Shown here: piece by piece, positions 38,190 to 51,452 of the stretch
How positions within the stretch are numbered: position 1 is the stretch's first letter
How the letters are laid out: each line of letters starts with the position of its first letter
From: Mytilus edulis
Taxonomy: Eukaryota
Reading direction: 5' to 3'
Length of the DNA stretch: 64,000 nt
Assembly: GCF_963676685.1 (NCBI RefSeq)
Contig: NC_092344.1
Location: 18,476,001-18,540,000, forward strand
The notes under the pieces: model-generated
What the model saw: only the letters and a program-made list of their open reading frames with translations
Databases searched by the model: none
Told to the model about the DNA's origin: nothing
Translations under genes and position numbers: made by a program

Positions 38190-39748
38190 ATATATAAAAG
38201 AGGGACTAACACAAACATTTCCCTCATGTGTAGGATTAAAACAGGGGTGTATATTAAGCCCTACATTATTTTCATTGTATATAAATGAACTGGTTGAAAT
38301 GTTTGACCACAAATGTGATCCGGCATGCCTTGATAATACACAAGTGTCTTGTCTTCTTTATGCAGACGATTTAGTAGTAATATCAGAATCTGCATCTGGC
38401 CTACAAAATGCTTTAGAAAAATTAAATATATTTTGTGAAAAATGGAATCTATCTGTTAATCTTAATAAAACCAAAATTATAATATTCAATAAAGCAGGGA
38501 AAATTATTAAAAAGCACAAATTCTATTATAATGGAAAATTACTAGAGTTAACTGATGAATACAAGTATCTAGGTATAATTTTTAAACCATCTGGATCTTT
38601 TACTACAGCAATTGATCAGTTATGTAAAAAGGCTAGCAAAGCTATATTTTGTATTTGGGCTACTATTAGTTTAGTGAAACAAAATACTACCATCGAGTCA
38701 AACTATGCAAACTTCAGTCCAAATAAAATTCAAATAAAATTTTGCTAAATTTTTATTGGGTGTAAATAAAGGTGCTGTTAATAATGCGGTACTTTCTGAA
38801 TTAGGTTTATTCCCACTTTCATTGTCAGCCCTTAAAAATACAATTAACTTCTGGCTTCATATCATTAATATGGACAGTGAGAGTATGGTAAAGAAAGCAT
38901 ACAATGAAAACTTAAACTTTCCTAATGGTTTTTGTAGTAAATTAAAAGTGTTATTAGGTAAACTTGGTTTTCAGCATGTCTGGGAAAATCAAAACACTTT
39001 TCATTTCAAAAGAAATTAGAAGAGGAATTCGTAAAATACTGGAAACAAGCTCTTTTTTGTGACTCTAAAAATGGTAATAGTCATTGTAATAAACTAAGAA
39101 CATATCACAAAGTTAAAAATAATTTTGAATTAGAAAAATATCTTCTACTGGACCTTAACAAAAGTGTTATTTTTAAAATGGTAAAAATCAGAATTAGTAA
39201 TAGTAAATTACTAATAGAAGTTGGTAGATACATGTATACTAGAACACCTTTAGAACAGAGAATTTGTCCAATTTGTAAGGATGGAATTGAAGATGAGTTC
39301 CATTTCCTCATCCAATGTAAAGCATTAGAACGTAATAGAAATGTACTCTTTTGTAATTTAAATGATATAGTTCCATCTTTTGTTAATATGAGTGAACAAG
39401 ATAAGTTTAGTTTCATTTTGAAAAGTAATGATACGGACATTAGTACTGCAAGTGTAGCTGTAATAAGTGATATGTATGATTTGAACATTCATTTAAAGCA
39501 AACATAATGTTGTTAAGAGCTTTTATAGTATTAAAGCTGATTGTAACAGCTTGAATTAATAATATTGTATGAATAACACCTCCACGCAATGTAAATATAA
39601 AATATGTATCTCTTATCATGATCATGGAGAAAATATGTTTGGTTGTTTTTTTGTTTGTTTGTTTATTTTTTGTATTTGTATTTTGTAAATGTCGGCTGGT
39701 ATCTTTTCTGTATAGGAATTTACACCAATAAAATTATTTGATTTGATT
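38190..39748 (+). mobile_element. 5'-truncated non-LTR retrotransposon (RTE-X-like; CR1/L2 not excluded) with frameshifted ORF2
   Basis: RT motifs GLKQGCILSPTLFSLYINEL, LLYADDLV and YKYLGI. C-terminal RISNSKLLIEVGRY..RICPICKDGIEDEFHFLIQC. AATAAA and an (ATTTG)n tail at the 3' end. Confidence 0.9.
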
Positions 39749-39979
39749 TAGAAATATGTGAGACCTAAGAAGGGGGTAGAGCGATCAAACAAAAGTCTAT
39801 TTATTATCTCAGTGCAAGTGCAACAATATTGTGTTATTTAAAAATAAAAACAGTAATTTTAGGTAACTTTGAAAGTAACAATAAGATTAAATGCTGACAT
39901 CATTTTGATTAAAATATCATACTTATTAAATGCTGTAATTTTTTTTATTATTCATGTACATTTGTAGGTGAGAAAGAAA

Positions 39980-42900
39980 ATGTTTTCAAGAGCTCACCTT
40001 TTGATTGAGAGAGAATATGAGAAACTGCAGAAGTCTCCTCCTTGGGTATGTTTATTTGTTCTTTCCTTTTTTGCTTTGTTGCATAAATATTACTTTTCAA
40101 AATAATTCCTTTTTGAAAAAAGAAAACTTTTGGCCTGAAAAGTTAATGCTGTGTTTGGTAAACACTAAAAGGATATGTTTCTGTCGAGTTTAGCATTAGC
40201 AAGCTACATTCCACCTTTGTTAGGGGGCATCAATATATAGTTGAAGTCTGTAGTTAATGTTCTTATAAGACATTGGTGGGACTAATTTCAGTTATTGTAA
40301 ATCATTGACAAACATATACATGTATTAAAAATCATATATTTTTTATTTAGGGAATAGAAGCCTTACCGTTACAGAATGACAGTTTATTTGAATGGGTAGC
40401 CAAGATAAAAGGCTTGAAGGATTCCTTATGGGAAGGTATTTCATAATCTTACATGTACCTTAGATATTTTAGATAAAGTTAACATAAACATTGTAAATGC
40501 AACACTGAATAGTTTTGGTTCAGTTGTCATTGTCTTAAAAAAAGAATTGGGCATAATTAAAGCAAACAAAAAGAAAAGAAAATTATTTTTCACCTCATTT
40601 CTAATGTGCTGCATTGTTTATTTATGAAATGTCAACCTGTGACCATTTCTTAAGTATGAATAACTAAAGTTGTTGTTATTTCCAAACTAATAACTGTCAA
40701 ACTGTTTGTGTGAATTAGGTTAAAGGGAGATAATTAAATTTTGATGTGTGAACAACTTTTGATGAACATTTATAATTTAATTTTCAGGTGGAATATTTCG
40801 TGTATACATAAAATTTGATGAACATTATAATGTGAGACCTCCTGATGTCTGTTTTCATACCATCCCATTTCACCCTAATGGTAAGTACTATTAATTAATT
40901 ATCTTCAACATAGATAGCACTGGAAGAATGACGTTTTGTAATAGCCTTATCTAATTTTTAAACTAAAGTTTTATATAATTACTATCTTTTGATGGTTGGT
41001 CAAAGTAAAAATGAATTTTTCAAAGGTCAATTAAACCACATATTTACTGAAATTTAAGACAGTATTTTTTTTCGATATTTTTAGAGAAAGCGATGTATAA
41101 ATTTTTTTACCAAAACCAATTGACATCAAACATCTTGCCATAAAGTTACATGTAAAAGCATGTGATGTTTAGTGTGTTTAATTTCCCTTTTCTGTAGCTG
41201 AATATGCTGTTTTATTTTAATCAAATTCATGCAGAAAACCCTTCTAAATTTATACCAATATAGAATACCTTATTATTTATTAAAACAAGACTCATATCAT
41301 GCATGTTCCTTATGTAGATCACTTTATTTTGTTTATTTCAGTTGACATGATCACAGGAAGACCTTGTATAGATTTCCTAGACGATTATTCAAAGTGGCAA
41401 GAGTCCTACAGTCTTTCATTTATATTAATAACGATACAGGTACACGTACATGCATAATTTTAAATTTCCAAGAGTCATAAAAAGTGCAGGTTGACCATCA
41501 GCATCAATTTGGTTTATACTTGTGCTTGGGGATGATAGTTAAAATTAAGTCCAAATTAGAATAGCTATCAACCAGTTATTTACATGTATATCATATTCCT
41601 ACTTCTTTGTTGTGCCAAATTTGCATTAATTTTCATAAAATCAAATGGGATGCACCTGTTACCTTAAATACATAAATTGCATGATCAATCTTTATCATAT
41701 TGTAGAATTTATTATCCAATCCCAACCTGGACAGTCCTGTGAATCCTGAGGCATCAGATATGATTATACATTCACCTCATGCCTATAGACAAATGGTACT
41801 TGACTGTGTTGTAGCTAGTCAGCGTGTTGAAGGTAATAATTAAAACAGGTTATGTTATGTTTTATTTCTTTTGTACCTGTATGTATGAAATTCATGAAAC
41901 TATCAAAACTGGTATTTGTATCCAGCTTCATTCATTGATCATTTTATCTGCATAAGCCTTCAGAGGGAAACTTTTTTTGTAAGAAAAAATGCCAATAAAG
42001 ATATGATAGTTCATCCCATGTTCATCTTTAAAAAAATGTTAAAAAGTAAAGTAAGAAGTAAATTTGCTTAGAGTTGTCTCCCTTTGTCAACAATATGAAA
42101 AATTTAAACAAATTGATAATTTGAAAATATCAAACTGACAGTTGCATATATTGTCTTAAATATGATATTAAATATCAATTAGATAGTTGTCTTGTCTTGT
42201 ATAAAAGTCACAGAGTGTGAGACATATGTAGATTTATGTTTTTGACAGTTTCAGTGATAATTGTTAAAACAATCTTTCTCATGCCTTCTTTTACGTATAG
42301 CCACTTGGTATACAATAGACTTTTTATGAATCATGGAATAATAATTATCTCATACAAGCAAACCAACATTCTGAAGTTAAAGAAATGGAAGTTCTTATTC
42401 TTACTAACACCAAAACATTAATGTAAATTGATTATTGAAAATTTCAATATTTTGATTAAAATATACTGTATAATGACATATACATGTAGCACAAATTGTT
42501 CTTAAATTGAGATAAAGTGGCAGACCTCACTACAAAATATAGATGTTAAATATCCTACTATTGGCATTTCCTTAAAACAATTATTTTGAAGTTAGTTATA
42601 TTTGATAAAACAAATGTTTTAAAGTATTTAATTTATTTTTAGCTGGTGTAACTCCTCATTCCGAGTTGGAGTCGAGAGTGAGATTTGCCACACCCACAGA
42701 AACTACAAAAGTAGCCACAGCTGCTTATAAACCTTCATCATCAAAGATAACAAGATTGTCCTTTGATGATTATCACACAACATGGAGTGGTATAGCTACT
42801 TCTAAACCAGCACAAGAATTGAAAAATCCATGTAAGTTTAAGAATAAGTGAATGAAATTAACCATGTTTGCATGTTGTATGACTTCTAGAATTATTAAAC

Positions 42901-45900
42901 TATTTGATATTATAATATGATAAGGAAATAATGGATTACATTTTTTCTATTATTTTTTTTAGAGTGTTTGCAATTTGAGTTTGCTGAAACTATTGATTTT
43001 ATTACAAAGATTACTCAATTTCCATGTATGTTCACATATCCTCATGAAAAGCAATCAGGGTAAAGGGACTTGACATGGTTGTCCAAGAATAGCAAATAAG
43101 TAAGAAATGACATGAATTATCAAGGTATCCATACAGTTTTCAACAGATTCTGTTTACCTGCATTTTAAGCTAATATAGCTCGATCAGACTCTTATACCAA
43201 TAGCCAAATTGAGCTATAATAGAATTATCTCCCTTGTCAATTTTTCAAAGAAATTCCTGTTATTTGTGAATGATTTTTAAACTTTGCAAAAATAATATGG
43301 TAGCCATGCTGAGTATAGTGTTATTCTATAATTTTGTGCAAGAAAAAATACACCATTTAATTAGCTATATTCCGGAATAATGTTAATAATGTTGTTATGA
43401 AAAATGTCAAAAAGGAGATAAGTCTTTTGATATCTCAATATCTCAATCAAGCTAATTTGTACTAGTCTTGTATTACAACTCCAGTTTCTAGTTAATGTTT
43501 AAAGTCATAAGAAACCTCAAATCCAAAAAAAATAATGCATATGATTTTAATAACTCAATGGATAGTTTTCATTATAAATCTTATGTACATATACTTTTTT
43601 CTGAAGAAAATTCTTTAATTTATTCATATTTAGAAGAAGTTTACTTTATTTGAATAGCTTCCTTCCAGCAAGCAATTCCCCCGAGATATTTTCCGTATGC
43701 AAGGTGACCTCAGTGTGACCCATCTCGTAAAAATCCGGTGACCACAATACGCATGGATGTCCTTAAAATAAACTATTATCTGAATTTACATGTTAAACAC
43801 GTGCTCAATTTCCATGCTTTTTTGTTTATTTTTCGTCAATTGTTGACAAACAGGTGACAATCGTTAAACTTCGGCTTCAAGACACGAACTTTAATTACCT
43901 GCCATATTTTCACAACAACACTGACCGATTGAAAAAAAAAATGACAATTATACGAAATTTACACGAAAAAAATGATAAATTCGAGCACAGAAGACTAAGT
44001 TTATGATGTTTGTATGCATTGGTTCAAGAATTGGAAGAACATTATTTTTCACCGGTCACTCGTTTCTTATGACTTTAAACATTGAATAAAAAAGATAGTC
44101 CATCATTTTTAGCTCACCTGTCCCAAAGGGACAAGTGAGCTTATGCCATCACTTGGCGTCCGTCGTCGTCTGTCGTCTTCTGTCGTCGTAAACTATTTCA
44201 AGAATCTTCTCCTCTGAAACTACTGGGCCTAATACTTTCAAACTTTAACTGAATGTTCCTTAGGGTATCTAATTTATAAATTGTATCCAAAGTTATGATC
44301 TATCAACAAACATGGTCGCCATTGCTAAAAATAGAACATAGGGGTCAAATGCAGTTTTTGGCTTATAACTCAAAAACCAAAGCATTTAGAGCAAATCTGA
44401 CGTGGATAATATTGTTTATAAGGGCAAGATCTATCTGCCCTGAAATTTTCAGATGAATCAGACAACCTGTTGTTGGGTTGCTGCCCCTGAATTGGTAATT
44501 TTAAGGAAATTTTGCTGTTTTTGGTTATTATCTTGAATATTATTATAGATAGAGATAAACAGTAAACAGCAATAATGTTCAGCAAAGTAAGATTTACAAA
44601 TAAGTCAACATGACGGAAATGGTCAGTCCTTTAGGAGTTATTGCCCTTTATAGTCAATTTTTAACCATTTTTCGTAAATCTTAGTAATCTTTTACAAAAA
44701 TCTTCTCCTCTGAAACTACTGGGCCAAATACTTCCAAACTTTAACTGAATGTTCCTTAGGGTATCTAGTTTGTAAATTGTATCCGAAGTTGTGATCTCTC
44801 AACAAACATGGTCGCCATTGCTAAAAATAGAACATAGGGGTCAAATGCAGTTTTTGGCTTATAACTCAAAAACCAAAGCATTTAGAGCAAATCTGACAGG
44901 GAGAATGTTGTTTATCAGGTCAGGATCTATCTTCCCTGAAATTTTCAGATGAATCAGACAACCTGTTGTTGGGTTACTGCCCCTGAATTGATAATTTTAA
45001 GGAAATTTTGCTGTTTTTGGTTATTATCTTGAATATTATTATAGATAGAGATAAACTGTAAACAGCAATAATGTTCAGCAAAGTAAGATTTACAAATAAG
45101 TCAACATGACGGAAATGGTCAGTTGACCCCTTTAGGAGTTATTGCCCTTTATAGTCAATTTTTAACCATTTTTCGTAAATCTTAGTAATCATTTACAAAA
45201 ATCTTCTCCTCTGAAACTACTGGGCCAAATACTTCCAAACTTTAACTGAATGTTCCTTAGGGTATCTTGTTTGTAAATTGTATCCGAAGTTATGATCTAT
45301 CAACAAACATGGTCGCCATTGCTAAAAATAGAACATAGGGGTCAAATGCAGTTTTTGGCTTATAACTCAAAAACCAAAGCATTTAGAGCAAATCTGACGT
45401 GGGTAATATTGTTTATCAGGTCAAGATCTATCTGCCCTGAAATTTTCAGATGAATCAGACAACCTGTTGTTGGGTTGCTGCCCCTGAATTGATAATTTTA
45501 AGGAAATTTTGCTGTTTTTGTTTATTATCTTGAATATAATTATAGATAGAAATAAACTGTAAACAGCAATAATGTTCAGCAAAGTAAGATCTTCAATTAA
45601 GTCAAATTGACCAAAATTGTCAATTGACCACTTAAGGAGTTATTGCCCTTTAAAGACTTTTTTCACAATTTGTTCATCATGTTGACTTACTTTAAAAAAT
45701 CTTCTCCTTTGAAACTGCTGTATCAATTTCAGCCAAACTTAGGCTAAATGAGTTTCAGAGTATCTAGTATAAATTTTATATTTTATTTCCTTGTGTGTCA
45801 AGAAACATAGCATAGCTCCTATGGCTAAAATAGAACATAGGAGAAAATGATTATTGTTTTTGGCTTTTGAAGAAAATAGGACTATCCAAAAAACATTCAA

Positions 45901-48900
45901 ATAAATTGAAAAGCCAAAATAATCATTGATGAGAGATTTAACCAATAGAATTAAGGTGAGCGATTCAGGCTCTTGAGAGCCTCTTGTTTTCTGAAATGAA
46001 ACTTACATTTTAAAATTAAAACAAAATATTACATTTTTGGGGGATATCACACCATGAAAGTGGAAGTTACATTTTTTGTACTATGGAAGTGGTGCAGGAT
46101 AGTAAAATCAGAAAACAGAAAGTAGAGAAAAGTGGTTTTGAATTGTTTATCTTTGTGTCATGAGGTACCTTTTTTTCAAATAAATCACAATTTCACAGAC
46201 CAACAGTGTTTGCATATTTAAGATTAAGATTTGCTTGATACAGGCTTTTGTCCTTATATAAAATCTACTAAAAAAATAACTTGATTTTTTGTCCAGGAAA
46301 CTGTTTATATACAAAGTTATATTTTCAAAGCTTGAAAGCATTGCCGTTATTCAAGATATATAAAGTCAGAAACAAGAATACTTGTCCCAAGTAAATTGAG
46401 GGTTTCCATGAATTATGTTTAACAATTCGAGTACAGGAGACCATTAAAAAAATGTTTAGCATTATTATTTTTGATTTCAGTATTAGAGATAATTAAAGAG
46501 AGTACAGTTTTACAGAAAGTACATTTAGGTCTACCACAGGAAGAAATCGAAGAACAAATGAAAAGACAAATAGAAGAGTAAGAATAACTGACTTTTATTC
46601 TGGGGAAAAAATTAATAGTTAATTTTGAGCTTTCAGTTACTGCAAGTTCTTGAAGGTCCTTAGGCTTAAATTAAAATATTGTTTGTTTGCCCTTTACCGA
46701 CCTACCCTATAAATTAGTTCCAACTGAAAATCTTTTATTTGTATTTACCAGCAATATTTTTTTTTTTATTTCCTACCGAAAATCTTATATTTGTATTTCC
46801 TGTTCAATTTTTTTTTACCAGAATCCTTGGGTTTTATCATCCCTGTATATACTTGAAGAGCAGGGTTCATTTAAAAAAGTTCGTCCAATACAAAATTATC
46901 AACATGTACAAAATATTTTGTTAACGGACATCGTACCCTATGTAGGGATGGCCTTTGGTGATGCGTATATCAGGATGATTATGTTAACGCTGCCTTCTAC
47001 CAGCTTTGACATTTTATTTATATCTGACATGAACCAAAGTCCTGTAAATTGGAGGATAATTGGCAGTAAAATCGCCAAGTTTTCCTTACAGACCATTTAT
47101 AAATGCGATGTAAGATACGTGACATTTGAGTTTCAAGTCTTTTAGATTTTTATTGATAAAACCGGGACACACGAAATTTTTTAAACACTCAAGTCTCTAG
47201 GGTTGTAAGTAAAGTAAGACAAATGCTTAGATGATGATGGAGGGAAATGCACTGCCAGGCAGTGGCTTTATATCAATTCTTGTCAAATATTCTTTTTATT
47301 TCACAGATATCATCTCTGATAATTTCAGATAAAATTTTGATAAAATTTAAAGAATGTCGGAATAAAACATGCTGTAGATTGCACATTGTACAGCTGTTTC
47401 ACAAACCATGCTTGGGAGATATATGATATTAATAAACCCTTCAGTTGAGTTAAACGTACAAGGTACATGTACGTAGTACAGAATACCAGTGCAAATTACA
47501 ACTCTTAAAAGTTCCAGGCATATAAACGTTGAAAATTTGTTGAAGCCCTATATTTTGATAATTTTAAAAAACAAAATAATAGTGCATAAAAATTAACTTC
47601 ACATTCTACATGATATTTTTTTTTCATAACTTCCTGGGACTATTATACTATTAATAGTCCAAGAAACTTTAATAATAGTAAAGATCAGTAAAATCATACT
47701 TAAAACAAAAGCAAATACAGACAAAAATGATATCATGCAGATTTTTTATCTATAAAATAAAATATTATACCTACCTGCCTAACCATGACAAAAAATGTAC
47801 CGAGCCAAGTTATTTTTTGGGAAAGAAATATAACATATTTTACCTACCTACCTACCCTGTCTCAAAAAATAGGGTCGGAAAAGGGCAAACAAACAATATT
47901 TCAATTTAGGCCTTTTATAATGTCATTTAGGAGATATATGTATTGTATTTTAAGTTCCGACAGCATAATTTTTTTTGTGATTTGATTTTCGGAAATTAAA
48001 TTTACTGGTGACGTGTTAGCAGAGACAGTATGTATTCGCGACCATCAAATCACCAATTGATGCTCTCGGAGCTTAAAATACAACAAATATTAGAAAGGAT
48101 GTTGCATTACAATTGTCATTTTATAAATTGTAACAATGTTTCAAGTTTCAAAGATATGTATGAAGTTGTGATATGAATTAGGTGCATGTACTTTGAATGT
48201 CACATCAGATTATAAACTTTTGATCCCTAATAAAGACAATTGACATGTTTCTAACATGGTTATAACCAAGAATATTAGTGAGCACATTGCTACAAGTTCT
48301 TTTTATTTTATATGTTTTCAGACATTCTGCACTGATGTATGGTAATTTTAAAACCAGGCCTAATGAAGAGGATGAAAAAGCTGCCAAATTAGCAAGATTA
48401 AGTAGAATGAAGAAAATATATCTTCCTCCCAGATTATCACCAAGTAAGAACAATCTTACCACTCAAAAAAGAAGAGACAATGTATAAATCTTTAAATTAT
48501 ACCCCACTTAAAAAAAGAGGGGAGGAATATACTGTTTTACCTCTTCATCCCTCCATCTTTCAGTCTGTCAGTCCCATTAATATTTTCTGAAATTTGATTT
48601 CAGGGTTTATATGAGTCAGCTTTACTGTGTGATGCGTTTTCAGATTCATCACTCAACAACTTCCTGTTTACCTTATACTTTAAGCAGGGACAGTGTATCA
48701 TTTATATAATAGTGAGCAGTAGATCAGATTCACTTGTTTAAACTTGTTTTGTTGCATTTTCACTTGAATAAACAAGACTTTCGTGTTGTGGATAGCTGCA
48801 TGTATTATGAAATATGCCTCATTAAATGAAATTCTATTTGATTTGATAAATTATTGTTGGACTATTTTAGATTAATGTTATCATCAGTGGTTAAAATCTG

Positions 48901-49093
48901 ATATAGTTCATAAAAAGTTGATGTTTGAATTTTTATTGTTTCAATAAAAAATTGACCTTATGACCTTTGATATCTTACAGCACCATCAACAGCTCCACCT
49001 CCAACAGGCCACAGAGATGAACCCTGGGAAAATGAAGTTGAAGATCTGGTCACATGGTCTTCTAAACTAGATACTGCTGCTCTTGATGAATAA
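39980..49093 (+). CDS. UBE2U: Ubiquitin-conjugating enzyme E2 U-like, complete CDS
   Basis: Phase-consistent exons: 39980-40045, 40351-40435, 40788-40880, 41342-41439, 41706-41832, 42643-42831, 46481-46577, 48322-48443, 48981-49093. N-terminus MFSRAHLLIERE; catalytic region TIPFHPNVDMITGRPCIDFLD; LSNPNLDSPVNPEA; UBE2U-type extension SFDDYHTTWSGIATSK; C-terminal WENEVEDLVTWSSKL. An acceptor at 39967 implies an upstream non-coding exon. Confidence 0.92.
43503..44074. mobile_element. Kolobok-like non-autonomous DNA transposon
   Basis: TTAA|agtcataagaaac ... gtttcttatgact|TTAA (13-bp TIRs, TTAA target-site duplication, AG/CT ends). Confidence 0.75.
44106..45990 (+). mobile_element. Helentron-type non-autonomous element carrying ~3.3 tandem ~500-bp units
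   Basis: 5' tttttagctcacctgtcccaaagggacaagtgagct, then a (gtc)n tract; units start at 44203, 44699, 45200 and 45698; 3' subTIR aggtgagc and hairpin aggctcttgagagcct followed by cttgtttt. Confidence 0.88.
46662..47913. mobile_element. ~1.25-kb non-autonomous TIR transposon (PIF/Harbinger-like ends)
   Basis: ~50-bp TIRs aggcttaaattaaaatattgtttgtttgccctttaccgacctaccctat / atagggtcggaaaagggcaaacaaacaatatttcaatttaggcct. Confidence 0.75.
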
Positions 49094-49744
49094 ACCAGTG
49101 TTCTTTTATTGTCAAAATCTGTCAGTACAGAACTTAATATTTGATATATGGCCTTGTAGGAGAATCTGCTGAAGGTTCAAAGACAATATATATTTTACTG
49201 TTATACTTAGCAGTGAATAACTAAAGTTTCAACAAGTATCTATGGGCAAAACTTTATAAATAAAGCATAGACTTTAACCAGTCTAGTTTAGAAAATACTT
49301 TTACATTTTTATAGCACACTTTTTTTTTAAATTGTGTGTTGTGGGTAGGAAAAAAAGATCACATTCCATGAAGCTATGTCAAACCACTGTATTGACCTTA
49401 TTTTTATTCAAATAAATATATAAAAGTAGTATATGTGTGTGCTCTGTATGAATGTGTTTGTTTGAGAATGTATCATGATCACATTTAATTATATTTGTTC
49501 ATAAAAAAATACTTTATTTAAAAAGCTGTGATAAATGACATATTTGTGTGAACCTGTTTACTGGTTTTATTTCTCTAGTATCTATAATTGCATTTACTTG
49601 ATTTAAATCTTACTTCTGTTGTATGATTGCCTTACTATTATACTTTTAATAAACCTCTGTGACAGATTTTGTTTTACCTCTATTTTTGCCCATGTAGAAA
49701 AGTCAGTATTTGGTTTCTTAAGTAAATGAAACATGACCTAAACC

Positions 49745-50018
49745 TGCTTATCGCTATTTTGTGCATTTTTCCTTAAATATTTTTTAGTGATCATTTTTCA
49801 TATCATGCTACTCGCTTGAGATGGAAAATTATCGCTAGAAACGAAGGTGGCACGTGGCGTTGCTAATGAAATTGACACGAAATTGACAAAGTTGTCATAG
49901 GTAAAATAGCGATAAACAGATTATCATTGGTCATCTCAACTTGATTGCTTTTCTCCCTTTCGCCGTCCCGGCTCAAGCGAGAAAATCAATCTCGTTGAGA
50001 TGATTAATGATAATCTAT
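49745..50018. mobile_element. Hairpin-bearing dispersed element, copy 1
   Basis: agattatcattggtcatctcaac...gttgagatgattaatgataatct hairpin (49918-50016) preceded by a body shared, inverted, with 52596-52850. Confidence 0.7.
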
Positions 50019-50489
50019 AAATATATAAATGACAATTTCCAACCACAGACAAGGAGAAAATAAAATGTTATATCTAACAGCTGCTTTATTGCAGTTTACA
50101 ATGAAAAAAAACCATGGAATGTTGTTTTAATAGAAAACCTTCCAAAGCATAAATCTGAAAAGGGCCTATACAGAAAATCAAAACCTGTTTTGGGTTGGCA
50201 TGTCCTGATTAGCTTCACAAGTTTAATACATTACACAGGCAACAACTACAAAGTCTTATTAAGGACAATCTTAATTTTTTTTTTCTCACTTGCTTGGTAT
50301 ATTTTCCCCCAGAATACACATTTACCCCATTTAGATGAAAGTGAATAACATGAACTTTTTCAGTACTGAACCAATATAGAATGTTTTTTCACTTTCTAGG
50401 TGTCCTTATCTTTTGCCAAACTAAATCTCCATTGACAATTACTTTACACACAAAACATACTTTTGTCTGGCCTACCAACATTGATACCA

Positions 50490-51452
50490 TAACAAAATAA
50501 ATGTGGAATATGTCCATAGAGACGCAGATGATGCCCCTGCTTGCATATAATGCTATAAATGGACATAACTCGAGAACCGTAAAAGCGCTCCCAAAACTTG
50601 AACTTAGACTGAGTTTGTGGTTAAAAGCATTATATATACTTTTCATTAAATTAAGTTGAGACAATAGAATAGAAATAAAAAAATCAGCAATTTGTTCATT
50701 TGTAAAGGGGAATAACCCTAGAATGGTAATCACAGCGCTTGTAAGCACTGAATAGTAAATATTGCTTTAATTTACCAATAGGAAGTAAAATTGAATATTG
50801 CATTGTATAATGCATTGGTTGTTGTTGATTGAACTACCATTATGGTCAACGCTGCATTGAAGACCTATTGGTGACCTTCTGCTGTTGTCTTTTCTATGGT
50901 CGAGTTGTCTCTTTGACACATTCCCAATTTACATTTTCAATTTTAAAGAAAGTAACTCCAATTTGCAAAGAAGACTTTAAATATTTCTAGAAATGGAGGG
51001 TAAAAATTGCTTTAATTTATCAGTGGAAGGCAAAATTAAACATTGCAATGTATAAAGCATTGATTGTAGTTGATTCAAATATAATCATGGATAAAGGACG
51101 ACTACAATTTCAAAAATTACTTGATTGATATTTTGAGGTAAAAAAATTGTGGTAATAAGCATTGTGAATAATTTTCATAACATTTGGTTGAGGCAAACTA
51201 AAGTTGGAGAACAGAAACAAAAAATTTGGCAATTTTTCCATTTGTAAAGGGGCATTACTCTAGAATGGTAAAAGTGAGGCCACCAAAATTCAAGCTTGAT
51301 CTGTATTTAGTGGTAATAAGCATTGTGTATTAGTTTTATTACATTTGGTTGAGGCAAACTAAAGTTAGAGAATGGAAACCAACTATGGGACGTACGTTCA
51401 GACAGACCAGGGTAAAACTTGATGCCCCCTCCGCTACAGCGGGTGCATAAAA
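50490..51452 (-). mobile_element. Helentron-type family B element(s) with duplicated core, interrupted
   Basis: Reverse-complement match to 9441-9690; repeated ggtaataagcattgtg...catttggttgaggcaaactaaagtt core; ends gggtgcataaaaa. Confidence 0.55.

Noticed and set aside
46687-47145. 152-aa ORF in a UBE2U intron
   Set aside because: Lies within a non-autonomous TIR element and shows no transposase motifs.
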